DNA from: a virus
IMG/VR virus record: IMGVR_UViG_2529292698_000003
Reading direction: 5' to 3' (one strand)
DNA: 64,000 nt
Translations under genes and position numbers: made by a program
Part shown: positions 55,080 to 63,999 of the stretch, piece by piece
Layout: every line of letters starts with the position of its first letter
Numbering within the stretch: the stretch's first letter is position 1
The notes under the pieces: model-generated
The model's database searches: none
Told to the model about the DNA's origin: nothing
What the model saw: only the letters and a program-made list of their open reading frames with translations

Positions 55080-55926
55080 TTGCTATCTCTAATTCATTAA
55101 CTAAATCGCAATATTGAAGTAGGTTAACTAAGTTATCATCTGTTATTTTGTTTGAAGGTTTAACATCTAACAAATTTACTACTTCATTTAATTTTATTTG
55201 GGTAGTTTTATCAGTTACGTTTTTAGTTAAACTTATAAGTTCATTTTTAATCTCGTTAGATTTAAAAATATAAAATTCCTTTAAACGAGGTTTATTATCA
55301 ATAGAATATAAAAGTTCTTTTAAGATTTCTTTTTGGGAAGAAGAGAAATTTTCATATTTCCCATTAAACTTTTCAAGAAGAATTCTATATGTTAACATTT
55401 TAACTTCTTTATCTTCTTTACTAAGTTCTTCTAAAACTTGATTTCTAACAGATTTTTCCTTGATAGGAGCAGCAGTTAAATGCTCTAGAATAGTTATTTT
55501 ATTGTTAATAATATGCTCAGGATTAATAACTTTATCTGAATTGTGGATTTCTAATAGGGTGTAAAAAGCAGCATGTACCTTATAATGAGGTAATTTATGG
55601 TTAAAGAATTCATTAATATTATAATGTTCTTTTATTTCATTAATTAAATTATATTTTTGTTTTTTGATTAACCTTCTATTAAGAGTTTTAGAAGATTCAA
55701 TCAAAGTATTAACTATTATTTCTGCTTTAGTTTCTGTTATACTAGTTTTGTTAAGTAAAGTTTCATATAGTTTATACTCTTTACCTAACTCAGTTTTAAC
55801 AAAATATTTCTTTAAGAGACTTTTAATAGATGAATCTTTTCCCTCAAGTGTATCAGAGGTAATTTGTCTAACTAACAGTTCAAAAAGAATTCCAGTGTTT
55901 TTGTACTTCGAATGTTTAATTTTCAT
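55066..55926 (-). CDS. Hypothetical head-module protein
   Basis: 286 aa directly after portal. Confidence 0.55.
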   Translation of the reverse strand: MKIKHSKYKNTGILFELLVRQITSDTLEGKDSSIKSLLKKYFVKTELGKEYKLYETLLNKTSITETKAEIIVNTLIESSKTLNRRLIKKQKYNLINEIKEHYNINEFFNHKLPHYKVHAAFYTLLEIHNSDKVINPEHIINNKITILEHLTAAPIKEKSVRNQVLEELSKEDKEVKMLTYRILLEKFNGKYENFSSSQKEILKELLYSIDNKPRLKEFYIFKSNEIKNELISLTKNVTDKTTQIKLNEVVNLLDVKPSNKITDDNLVNLLQYCDLVNELEIANEAV

Positions 55927-55943
55927 TCTATAGTAATGTTTAT

Positions 55944-55953
55944 TTATAAATAT
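55944..55953 (-). promoter_or_regulatory. Class 2 late-type motif ATATTTATAA
   Basis: Exact motif. Confidence 0.65.
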
Positions 55954-55964
55954 ATGGAAAAATA

Positions 55965-57848
55965 TTATTCTCGTATTTGATCTTCATCCAACATTGATCC
56001 TTCCTTCTTATCATTTTCAAATACTAATCTCTTTTTTGATGGTATTTTTTCAAGCATTGCTTTTTCTTTAAGAGATAATGGTGATCCACCTTTATATTGA
56101 GGTTTAACTGAATCAGAAGAATCATTGTCTTTTTTCATTCCTAAACTACCTATTCTATCTTTACCAAAGGCGTTGTTTTGGGTGTTTCTTCCAGATACTT
56201 TTTCTTGTGGGCGGCCTAATGGTTTTTTATCATCTGTATTATATCCATCTGGGACATTACCTGGTTCAGAGTACATTCTTTCTTTGCCATATAATGTAGC
56301 TAAGTCATGTGGGGTACCATAGGATTTGCCTGTTTCTAAAGGATCATTCCCTTCATTTTCAATTTGGGTTATTCTAAATTTACGTTTAGCATCTTCTCTA
56401 ATTAGATCTCTATATTCATCATATTGGTCTTCACTCATATGGAATAGATGATCATAGATAAAATCGGTTGGGAATAATTTTTGTTCCATCATTTGAGAAG
56501 CTAAATCCATTTTTTCTTTCATTAATGCTACTCTTTCTTGGTCATAAATGATAGAAGGGGTGGTTAGTGAAAGTGTAAAATTGGATAGGTTTTCATCTTT
56601 ATACCCTTGGGAATATAAATGAACTAAAGCAATTTTATTAAGTTCAGAAACAATTATTCTTTGAATGCGTTCAATAGTACGAGCAAATCTAATGTCTTCA
56701 GCAGCTAAGGTTGCTTTACCTGTTAAATCTTTCTCATACCCTAAAAAAGCTTTTGGTACTTTAAGTGCTGCAAATAATTTATCTCTTAAATATTCTACAT
56801 CAGTAATTCCATCATATTGTAAACCTCCTAGAGTATCTATAGCTGTTGCTTGATCATTACCTCGAACTGGGATATAGAAATCCTCAAGTAGGTTTTGCAT
56901 GTTATATTTTAGGTTATAATCTCCAGTATTTTGATCAATGTATGGGGTACGTTTCATTTTAGAGATTGTCTTCTGCATAAAGTTTTCTACTTCTGCAGGG
57001 GCAATATTACCAACATTAATTTTAAAGATACGTTTTTCAGGTGCACGTACAATTCTATGAATTAACATAGCATCTTCCATTAATGTATATTGTTTAAACA
57101 ACTTACGAGCAGGTTCTAAATAACTTCTACCATAAGGTAAAAAGTTTGTATCTGTTAATAAACGAAAGTGAGCTATCTCATAATTATCAAACAATAAAGA
57201 ATTTGCTTGAGTATTATTACCTGGGACATCATAATAACCATAGCTAGATGCGGATACACCTTCAGGATCAAATCTGAATCTTACTGATGCGGGATTATCT
57301 TGATCATATCCTTCTTGTCTTTCGATATGGTATGCAGTGTATGGGATAACATTATAAACCCCAAACTTTTCAGCAATTTCTAATTTAAGAAAGAAATCAC
57401 CATACTTACACATATTACGAATCCAAGGCCAAAGATTAAATTCTATATTTAAAACATCATAAAATAAATTATATAATATTTTTTGAATATCTTCATCTGA
57501 GGAGCGAATAGATAATACCTCACCCATATCATTTTTTAAGGTACTTTCATCAGCTATAATATCAAGGGCAGATGCAATAATAGCATCGGTATCCATTGCA
57601 TCATATTCTGAGTAAAGTTGGGGTCTGAGGGTTTGGTAGTTAAAAGAATTCTGGTATCCATATAAAGAGGTACTAGAATTAGTATATAAACGGTTATATC
57701 TATCAATTAGTGAATTTGTTTGAAATTCTCCTGATTGTTGAACAGTATTTATGTCTAATACTTTTAATTGACCTCCACCAGTATTTCTAATGATAACATC
57801 AGTAGAAAATAATCGTTGTAGTCGTGAAAATAATCCTTTATCTGCCAT
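55965..57848 (-). CDS. gp20: Portal protein (T4 gp20 family)
   Basis: EDAMLIHRIVRAPEKRIFKINVGN, EDFYIPVRG, LFAALKVPK. Confidence 0.93.
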   Translation of the reverse strand: MADKGLFSRLQRLFSTDVIIRNTGGGQLKVLDINTVQQSGEFQTNSLIDRYNRLYTNSSTSLYGYQNSFNYQTLRPQLYSEYDAMDTDAIIASALDIIADESTLKNDMGEVLSIRSSDEDIQKILYNLFYDVLNIEFNLWPWIRNMCKYGDFFLKLEIAEKFGVYNVIPYTAYHIERQEGYDQDNPASVRFRFDPEGVSASSYGYYDVPGNNTQANSLLFDNYEIAHFRLLTDTNFLPYGRSYLEPARKLFKQYTLMEDAMLIHRIVRAPEKRIFKINVGNIAPAEVENFMQKTISKMKRTPYIDQNTGDYNLKYNMQNLLEDFYIPVRGNDQATAIDTLGGLQYDGITDVEYLRDKLFAALKVPKAFLGYEKDLTGKATLAAEDIRFARTIERIQRIIVSELNKIALVHLYSQGYKDENLSNFTLSLTTPSIIYDQERVALMKEKMDLASQMMEQKLFPTDFIYDHLFHMSEDQYDEYRDLIREDAKRKFRITQIENEGNDPLETGKSYGTPHDLATLYGKERMYSEPGNVPDGYNTDDKKPLGRPQEKVSGRNTQNNAFGKDRIGSLGMKKDNDSSDSVKPQYKGGSPLSLKEKAMLEKIPSKKRLVFENDKKEGSMLDEDQIRE

Positions 57849-57865
57849 TTAGTTAATTTATATAA

Positions 57866-57875
57866 TTATAAATAT
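57866..57875 (-). promoter_or_regulatory. Class 2 late-type motif ATATTTATAA
   Basis: Exact motif overlapping terminase stop. Confidence 0.65.
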
Positions 57876-59455
57876 TAGAGTAGCCATCTAATATCTTCTT
57901 TTCCATCAGAATATGGGTTGTCCATACTCCATGGGTTTTCTTGGTTATTTGATGAATATCCACCATAATATGGAGTATTAGTAGATGTTGTACTATTTAA
58001 CATGCTTTTATACATATCTTCTCCATATTTGTTAAATTGTAAAGCTGTTGATCTAACATATTGCCCCATTGAAAAAGACATAACTAAATCATCGTTATAT
58101 CCTGATTGGGCTTCAGCTCTATTATTTTTCCAAACAAAAGTTTTCATTTCAGATAATAATCTTTTTGATTGAAATATTACTCCTTTATCAGCTACTGATT
58201 CTTGGAATTTATTTATACAAATAGGTCTTGTTTTTGAATTCATTGTAAATCCAGGTGTCATTTTAGATTTATCAACATATTCATTAAAGTAAGAATCTGC
58301 TTTAATCTCTCCACTTTTTGGTGAATGATACAAATTTTGATATCCTCTCTCAAGGATAGTTTGAATTGTAGACCATCCAATATTAGCATTTTCTACCACT
58401 AACAAAGCATTATTATATTCAGTTGCTATACCCACTAATAAATGCCCGTATTCTTGTGTACCAATATGTCCTTTATATTCACCAACTTGAGTATTATTTT
58501 CAATATCTAATATATGGAATGCAGAAAAATCTTTACTATCACCTCTAGCTACATCTGCTAATACCATATATTGGCGAGAATAATCTGCAGGTTCCCATAT
58601 CCATAAATTACGATCAGCTCCCCGTTTTTCCAAGGGATCTTTAACATAAGTTTTTTCATAGAATTCCATGAATTCATTATAGAATACAGTATCCCCTGAG
58701 GTGTTGAAATCACAATCACATTCCTGAGCGGCTAATCTTGGATCACCCAATAAGATATCTTGTTTATCTCTCCAAGATTGGTCTCGTTCAGGGTGTACCT
58801 GCCAGGGTAATTTAATAGGTAAAAATTCACTATCTAACACATTTTCAGCTTCTTCCCACATTCTATGAAACCAGTTACCTGTACCGTAAGGGGTAGATAA
58901 TATTATAGCACCTCCACCAGTAGCTAGAGTTTGTTGTGCTGATGCCCATGTTTCGGCTATATTATCAATAAAAGCAGCTTCATCAATTATCAATAAGGAT
59001 ACTGCTTCAGATCGTGCTGCATCTGGGCTTGAGGATTTGGCTTGTATTTTAGACCCATTTTTAAGTTTTAAAGACAATTTATTATTTTCTTCATGTGTTA
59101 TTTTTAACCATGAAGGTAAATTTTCATACATAAATTGAACTTTAGAAACTAAGTTTCTGGCAGTTGCTTGGGTTGTTGCTAATGCTAGTATGTTTTTGTT
59201 TTCAAAAAATATCATCAACCATAAACCATAACCTGCAGATAGGGTTGATAAACCTAGCTGTCTTGATTTAAGAACTATGCTATATGGGTTTTCTTGAAAT
59301 AATTTTAATACTTTTTCTTGAAATGGGTATAGTTGAAATTGAATTCTACCTCTCTGAGGATGTTGGATGTAACAATATTTTTTCATAAAGTATACTGGGT
59401 TTGTGGCACACTTTATATATTCTTCTTTTAATATTTTTTTTATATCTTGGCTCAT
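57875..59455 (-). CDS. gp17: Terminase large subunit
   Basis: LKSRQLGLST, LLIIDEAAF, STPYG, LADVARG, VVENAN, DDLVMS. Confidence 0.93.
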   Translation of the reverse strand: MSQDIKKILKEEYIKCATNPVYFMKKYCYIQHPQRGRIQFQLYPFQEKVLKLFQENPYSIVLKSRQLGLSTLSAGYGLWLMIFFENKNILALATTQATARNLVSKVQFMYENLPSWLKITHEENNKLSLKLKNGSKIQAKSSSPDAARSEAVSLLIIDEAAFIDNIAETWASAQQTLATGGGAIILSTPYGTGNWFHRMWEEAENVLDSEFLPIKLPWQVHPERDQSWRDKQDILLGDPRLAAQECDCDFNTSGDTVFYNEFMEFYEKTYVKDPLEKRGADRNLWIWEPADYSRQYMVLADVARGDSKDFSAFHILDIENNTQVGEYKGHIGTQEYGHLLVGIATEYNNALLVVENANIGWSTIQTILERGYQNLYHSPKSGEIKADSYFNEYVDKSKMTPGFTMNSKTRPICINKFQESVADKGVIFQSKRLLSEMKTFVWKNNRAEAQSGYNDDLVMSFSMGQYVRSTALQFNKYGEDMYKSMLNSTTSTNTPYYGGYSSNNQENPWSMDNPYSDGKEDIRWLL

Positions 59456-59458
59456 TTG

Positions 59459-59878
59459 TTATATTAATATAATAAGAGCAGCTAGAGTACCCAACAATCC
59501 TCCACCTAATATTTTAACAGTGGTTTTTAGATTTTTATTTTTTCTTTCTAATTCACTATTTTCCTCTTTTAATCTACTTACTTCTTCAGTATGAAGACTG
59601 TCTTGCATAGTAAGATTATTAATTTGGTCTAAATAATTTACTTCTTTTTGTTCTAGGATTGAAATAGTACTATCTTGAATAGATATCTTAGACTTATATA
59701 GTACCATTAGGGTTTGAGTTTCTTGAAGTTCTTTTTCTAGTGAATCTTTTTGAACTAACTCAATAGAAATTTTTTGAACTATGTCATATGGAAGACAAAT
59801 TCTATTTGTATCTGTCTGTGAGAAAGTTATATAACTCAGTAGGAGAAGAATTACGAATATTGCTGATTTTTTCACCAT
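59459..59878 (-). CDS. Exported coiled-coil protein with C-terminal hydrophobic anchor (spanin-like candidate)
   Basis: Signal peptide ending TFS-Q, heptads, ILGGGLLGTLAALIILI tail. Confidence 0.5.
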   Translation of the reverse strand: MVKKSAIFVILLLLSYITFSQTDTNRICLPYDIVQKISIELVQKDSLEKELQETQTLMVLYKSKISIQDSTISILEQKEVNYLDQINNLTMQDSLHTEEVSRLKEENSELERKNKNLKTTVKILGGGLLGTLAALIILI

Positions 59879-60161
59879 AATAGTTTCTTATATTTTCTAT
59901 ATTTAAGTTTATTGAATCTATCTTATGGTCATATACTATAAGACTATCTTTATATTTTTGTATCTCTGCTTCAAATTGAGTTTGTTCTTGTTGTAAAGTA
60001 ACTAATTCTGAATCTAAACTGTCAATTTGTTTTTGGTACTTGTCTACAGTGTAAAGAGCGTTTCCCCTATCATAAAGAGAAAACGCTAACCCTACTATTA
60101 ATATTCCTATAATCCCTAATAGGATTAATTTAGTCTTATCTAATGTTATAACCTTTTTCAT
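59802..60161 (-). CDS. N-terminal TM coiled-coil protein (i-spanin-like candidate)
   Basis: LILLGIIGILIVGLAFSLY then heptads; overlaps next gene by 77 nt. Confidence 0.5.
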   Translation of the reverse strand: MKKVITLDKTKLILLGIIGILIVGLAFSLYDRGNALYTVDKYQKQIDSLDSELVTLQQEQTQFEAEIQKYKDSLIVYDHKIDSINLNIENIRNYYGEKISNIRNSSPTELYNFLTDRYK

Positions 60162-60170
60162 TTAAAAATA

Positions 60171-61043
60171 TTAAACTTTAACTTCTCTCCCAGCGGTACG
60201 TTTAAGATCGTCAAGCATTGATTTTGGAAGTTTATATTCTTCTTTTGCTTTCTTTAAATAAGCATCTACTTTAGGTTTATCATCTTTGTACTTTTTAATG
60301 AATTTAACTCCTAAATTAAATTTTTCTTTCTTTTCTTCTGGTGTTGATGATACTGTTTTAACTATATCGTCTTTTTCTCCATCTTTAACTGCTTCTTTAT
60401 CTTCAGAATCCATTCCAGATAATTTTCCAGCGGGGCGTCCTCGTTTACCTGTTGATGCTTTTTTAGTTGGTTTATTAGGATCTGCCTTTCTTCCTCTTTT
60501 ACCCACTGTTCTTTCTCCTTTGGTTAAAGCAATAAATTTATTTAATTGATTATCATATAAAGTATCTCCTTCTAAAGCATCTTCTACAGCATCATTAGCT
60601 CTAATTGCTTTTTTAAGTGCCAACCCTGTTAAATCAGGATTATCATTGATTACTTTTTCAATAGATGATTTCAAATCACCTTTAATTTTTGCCATTTCAT
60701 TTAATTGCTCTTCTTCTATTGAAGAACCACGAGATGTTTCTGTGGTAGAATATTTTTCATTTAACCCTCTAATATCTCTAGCAGCATTTACAATAGCATC
60801 GTTATAGTTAACAGCTTGACCTAAAGCTTCTACATCATCAATCTCATCCTTGGTGAGTTTGTTGAGAGCATTTATAAATTGGAGTGCATTTTCTACGCTA
60901 GTGTTCCCATAGTCTTCATATTTTGAAATATCCCCGGCATATTTAAGGAGGGTATCTATAGAAACAGACACATTTGTATTCATTTCTTTTAATGCATAAG
61001 AAATTTCTTCACGTATAATTTCAAGTAAACGAGTCTTTTTCAT
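60171..61043 (-). CDS. Putative internal head protein with basic GRP motifs
   Basis: LLEIIREEISYALKE, QLNE, GKRGRKA, GKRGRPA; late motif upstream. Confidence 0.5.
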   Translation of the reverse strand: MKKTRLLEIIREEISYALKEMNTNVSVSIDTLLKYAGDISKYEDYGNTSVENALQFINALNKLTKDEIDDVEALGQAVNYNDAIVNAARDIRGLNEKYSTTETSRGSSIEEEQLNEMAKIKGDLKSSIEKVINDNPDLTGLALKKAIRANDAVEDALEGDTLYDNQLNKFIALTKGERTVGKRGRKADPNKPTKKASTGKRGRPAGKLSGMDSEDKEAVKDGEKDDIVKTVSSTPEEKKEKFNLGVKFIKKYKDDKPKVDAYLKKAKEEYKLPKSMLDDLKRTAGREVKV

Positions 61044-61057
61044 TTATATATTTTTAT

Positions 61058-61067
61058 TTATAAATAT
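61058..61067 (-). promoter_or_regulatory. Class 2 late-type motif ATATTTATAA
   Basis: Exact motif. Confidence 0.65.
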
Positions 61068-61597
61068 TAAGGAAAAAGTGTTTGTTTAACTTTTTGTATT
61101 CTTTCCTCGGTAGTGCCCGATATTTTAATGAGATTAGGGATTTTTGAATTATATTTGATTAATAACTTTTGAATCTCATTATCAATCTTTATTCTATAAT
61201 TAGCATCGGTTTCACGAACTCCATTATCCTCTATTTCAACTCCTTCAGGTGAAACATAAAAAATATAATCATATTCACGTAGTAAATGTGAAGCTGCTTC
61301 ATTCAAAGTATCACATATAAAATATGATATTGAATGAGAGGATATAGTAAATGCCATCACATCAATTACTGTACGATCTGTAATTACGTTTTCTAAATAT
61401 AATTCACTTGAACGTTCAGCTAAAAATACAAATTGACCTTTTAATGTTGAGTCAGTATTTAAGGGAATCCCTAAATCACGTAAATATTTTGAACGTTCAG
61501 TTCGAAATTCATAACCTGAAAATTCAGGTAATTCTTTTAAAGCATTAACTAAGGTAGTTTTACCTACTGAAATTGTACCGCAAAAACCTATTTTCAT
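61067..61597 (-). CDS. P-loop nucleotide kinase (AAA_28/NadR-like, possible dNMP kinase)
   Basis: IGFCGTISVGKTTL, ITDRTVID, DNGVR. Confidence 0.75.
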   Translation of the reverse strand: MKIGFCGTISVGKTTLVNALKELPEFSGYEFRTERSKYLRDLGIPLNTDSTLKGQFVFLAERSSELYLENVITDRTVIDVMAFTISSHSISYFICDTLNEAASHLLREYDYIFYVSPEGVEIEDNGVRETDANYRIKIDNEIQKLLIKYNSKIPNLIKISGTTEERIQKVKQTLFP

Positions 61598-62949
61598 AAT
61601 TGAGTTTGTTTATAATAGTTATCAGATTCTAATTTTTCATTTAATATCCCCTCAACAGTATAGATACCTTGTGCACCACTTACTGTTATACCTCTTGCAC
61701 TCAAAGCATCACCTACAAAATGTACGTTAGAATATTTAGTTAGACTAAGATTTTTATAATCCACTAATGGTTCAGGTGAAAGATATTTTACTTCAGGCAT
61801 ATAAATACCCCAATCATTTTCTAATGTTGGGAATACTTTTTTCATATCCTCAATAAAATCTTCAATATAAAGAGCATAATCACCTATAGCATCATATAGT
61901 GGTTGAATACTATCTACTACATTACATTTAATATATTGCCCTTCAGATGTTTTAGAAGGTAAACGAGTGTGGTTAGGTGAAAAATAAGTACCCATACCAT
62001 CTTTTTGTAATTTTTTAACTGCCTCTCTAGACCAATCAAATGGATCTTCAATACCATTAATTTCCATCAGAATGCCAAAATTAGTCATATTGTTTCTATA
62101 TGTTTCATCTTTTTTAGCGTGTCCATTGTAAGTATGATCTCCATATGTTACTTCAGTTGCTACATAGGCGGCATTATTATTAGTACAGAATGAACGTAAT
62201 GATACACCTTTATCTTCATATTTTCTATAAAGTTTAAAATCATAACTAACATCAATTAGTTTTTGGAAGTGTTTTTGTGGTGCTTCAAATCTTACTCCTA
62301 TTTGTACTGATTTTGGTTCAGTAGGTAGTTTATAATCGTCTGCTAGTTGTTTACCAAAATCGATTCCTGATTTACCAACACCAAATATGAGTTTATCATA
62401 ATCAACATAACCCCCAACACCTTTATTAGGCATTTCTTCATATTCTAAATGGTTATTTTCAAATGAAATGTTTTGTACTTTACTCTCCCAAATAAATTCA
62501 ACACCATTATCAACTAAGAAATCGTACCAATTTTTACCTATTTCATGTAGATAATCTGTACCAACGTGCCATACCGGAAATAATCTTAAACCGAAATATG
62601 GTTTAATAAAATCTGGTTCTGCTTGTGGATCTGAGCATTGTACTTCTTCTGGTTTAGGGTGGAAACGTTTGAAATTATTGATTACCTGGTCCATCAACTC
62701 CATTGCTTTCTCATCACCACAATATTTTGATAATTGACCGCCAATTGCAGTGTGGTAGGTAAGTTTACCATCACTCCAACCACCTGCTCCTAGAAATCCT
62801 GTCATTACTTCTTCAGGTTTTCTTTCATATGGAGATTTACCCATATCAATGATAGTGATTTTATCTCCAGGATAACCATTATCCACTAATTTAGTAGCAG
62901 CATTTACACCTGCTACTCCAGCACCTACTATTACTATTTTATCTTGCAT
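61594..62949 (-). CDS. FAD-dependent oxidoreductase (HI0933/uncharacterised dehydrogenase family)
   Basis: VIVGAGVAG, GAGGWSDGKL, GVRFE, RSFCTN, VGDALSARGI..SG. Confidence 0.8.
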   Translation of the reverse strand: MQDKIVIVGAGVAGVNAATKLVDNGYPGDKITIIDMGKSPYERKPEEVMTGFLGAGGWSDGKLTYHTAIGGQLSKYCGDEKAMELMDQVINNFKRFHPKPEEVQCSDPQAEPDFIKPYFGLRLFPVWHVGTDYLHEIGKNWYDFLVDNGVEFIWESKVQNISFENNHLEYEEMPNKGVGGYVDYDKLIFGVGKSGIDFGKQLADDYKLPTEPKSVQIGVRFEAPQKHFQKLIDVSYDFKLYRKYEDKGVSLRSFCTNNNAAYVATEVTYGDHTYNGHAKKDETYRNNMTNFGILMEINGIEDPFDWSREAVKKLQKDGMGTYFSPNHTRLPSKTSEGQYIKCNVVDSIQPLYDAIGDYALYIEDFIEDMKKVFPTLENDWGIYMPEVKYLSPEPLVDYKNLSLTKYSNVHFVGDALSARGITVSGAQGIYTVEGILNEKLESDNYYKQTQL

Positions 62950-62969
62950 TTATAAAAATTTTATATGTT

Positions 62970-62998
62970 AATATACTAAAAAAAAGTGGCGTCTCCAA
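62970..62998 (-). promoter_or_regulatory. Class 1 promoter TTGGAG-N17-TATATT interlaced with terminator
   Basis: Exact spacer. Confidence 0.7.
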
Positions 62999-63012
62999 AT
63001 AAGAGACGCCAC
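62978..63012 (-). terminator. Intrinsic terminator
   Basis: GTGGCGTCTC-TTATTTG-GAGACGCCAC-T8. Confidence 0.88.
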
Positions 63013-63099
63013 AGATGTCAAAATTTTTATCTCTTGTTAAGAGCGACCGGCTATGAATCGGTCTGTATGTTTTGTGATACTAAATTATTTCATTAGGTT

Positions 63100-63630
63100 T
63101 TATTTTTTAATTTTATCGTAAACAGCTTTACCTAATATAGCCAATATAGCACCACCAATTGCTCCAGCCATCGTAACCCCAATATGTGATGGGGATTGTC
63201 CCAATAATTCCATTTGATGTGTTATTGTGTCCCCCATACTTGCTACATAACCAGCCAAAGTTCCACCTCCTAATAGTCCAGTCCAGAAAGCTCCTGCGTA
63301 ATCAAATCCTTCATCTAGATTTTGTGGGTTCTGTTCAGCTTTCTTAGCGAATTGTAATGCTAGTTTATCTACGATATCTTCAGTTAAACCTTCCCCTTCG
63401 TTAAGACCCATAAGTTTCATTAACTCTGCTTGTGCTTTTGGATCTTTAGCTATTGTATCTACTACTTTATCAAATTTAGGTGTATCATCTACTTTGTCTG
63501 CTACTTTTTTAGCAATAGTGACAGCTTCCTGTGGGGTTACTTCTTTTGTATTTTGATATTCCTCTTCTGTAATTAGCCCTGCTAATTTTTGCATTCTACG
63601 AAATTCTTCACTTAAAATTTGTGTTTTCAT
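63100..63630 (-). CDS. Putative internal head protein with MQKLAG leader and Gly-rich hydrophobic C-terminus
   Basis: ILSEEFRRMQKLAGLITEEEY; two Gly-rich hydrophobic helices. Confidence 0.6.
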   Translation of the reverse strand: MKTQILSEEFRRMQKLAGLITEEEYQNTKEVTPQEAVTIAKKVADKVDDTPKFDKVVDTIAKDPKAQAELMKLMGLNEGEGLTEDIVDKLALQFAKKAEQNPQNLDEGFDYAGAFWTGLLGGGTLAGYVASMGDTITHQMELLGQSPSHIGVTMAGAIGGAILAILGKAVYDKIKK

Positions 63631-63705
63631 TGTTTTTATTGTTTTAGATTTTTAATTCTGGTTTATTTATTATAAATGTTTTTTTAATCTTATTTATAAG
63701 TATAT

Positions 63706-63999
63706 TTAAGCAGGGGAAGAGGCTATTGCCTTTGCTAAATTATTAATCTCACCTGCTTTTATTCCTATTTCACCAACTTCTACAGCCTTATGAATTAAGC
63801 TATGAGCACTAGCAGCACTAATACCAGCACCTATCCCTCCAGCTACTAACAAACCTATATATATTTTTCTAGCGGCATCATATAAAGGAAAATTTTTATT
63901 ATGAACATCCATAGTTTTTGGATAGAGGTCTGGGTAGGCTTTTTTGAGAGCAGATCCTATAACATCAAGATAGGCATGTTCTAGTTTATGAGAGGCTTT
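63706..63999 (-). CDS. Hypothetical protein, 5' end outside window
   Basis: Frame stays open from 63912 to the window edge (KASHKLEHAYLDVIG...MDVH). Confidence 0.55.
   Translation of the reverse strand, partial: KASHKLEHAYLDVIGSALKKAYPDLYPKTMDVHNKNFPLYDAARKIYIGLLVAGGIGAGISAASAHSLIHKAVEVGEIGIKAGEINNLAKAIASSPA

Noticed and set aside
14577-59455. Introns or inteins in RNR, helicase, recombinase, polymerase or terminase
   Set aside because: Lengths are normal or short and no intein termini or homing endonuclease motifs were seen
570-60549. All plus-strand ORFs in the track (e.g. 570-917, 9230-9721, 10053-10592, 51411-51803, 52970-53467)
   Set aside because: Each lies antisense within a well-supported minus-strand gene, has Ser/Phe/Leu-rich mirror composition and no family motif
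927-61067. TATAAATA read as T4 late promoters firing on the plus strand
   Set aside because: No plus-strand genes follow; the sites sit just upstream of minus-strand starts, so the reverse reading fits better
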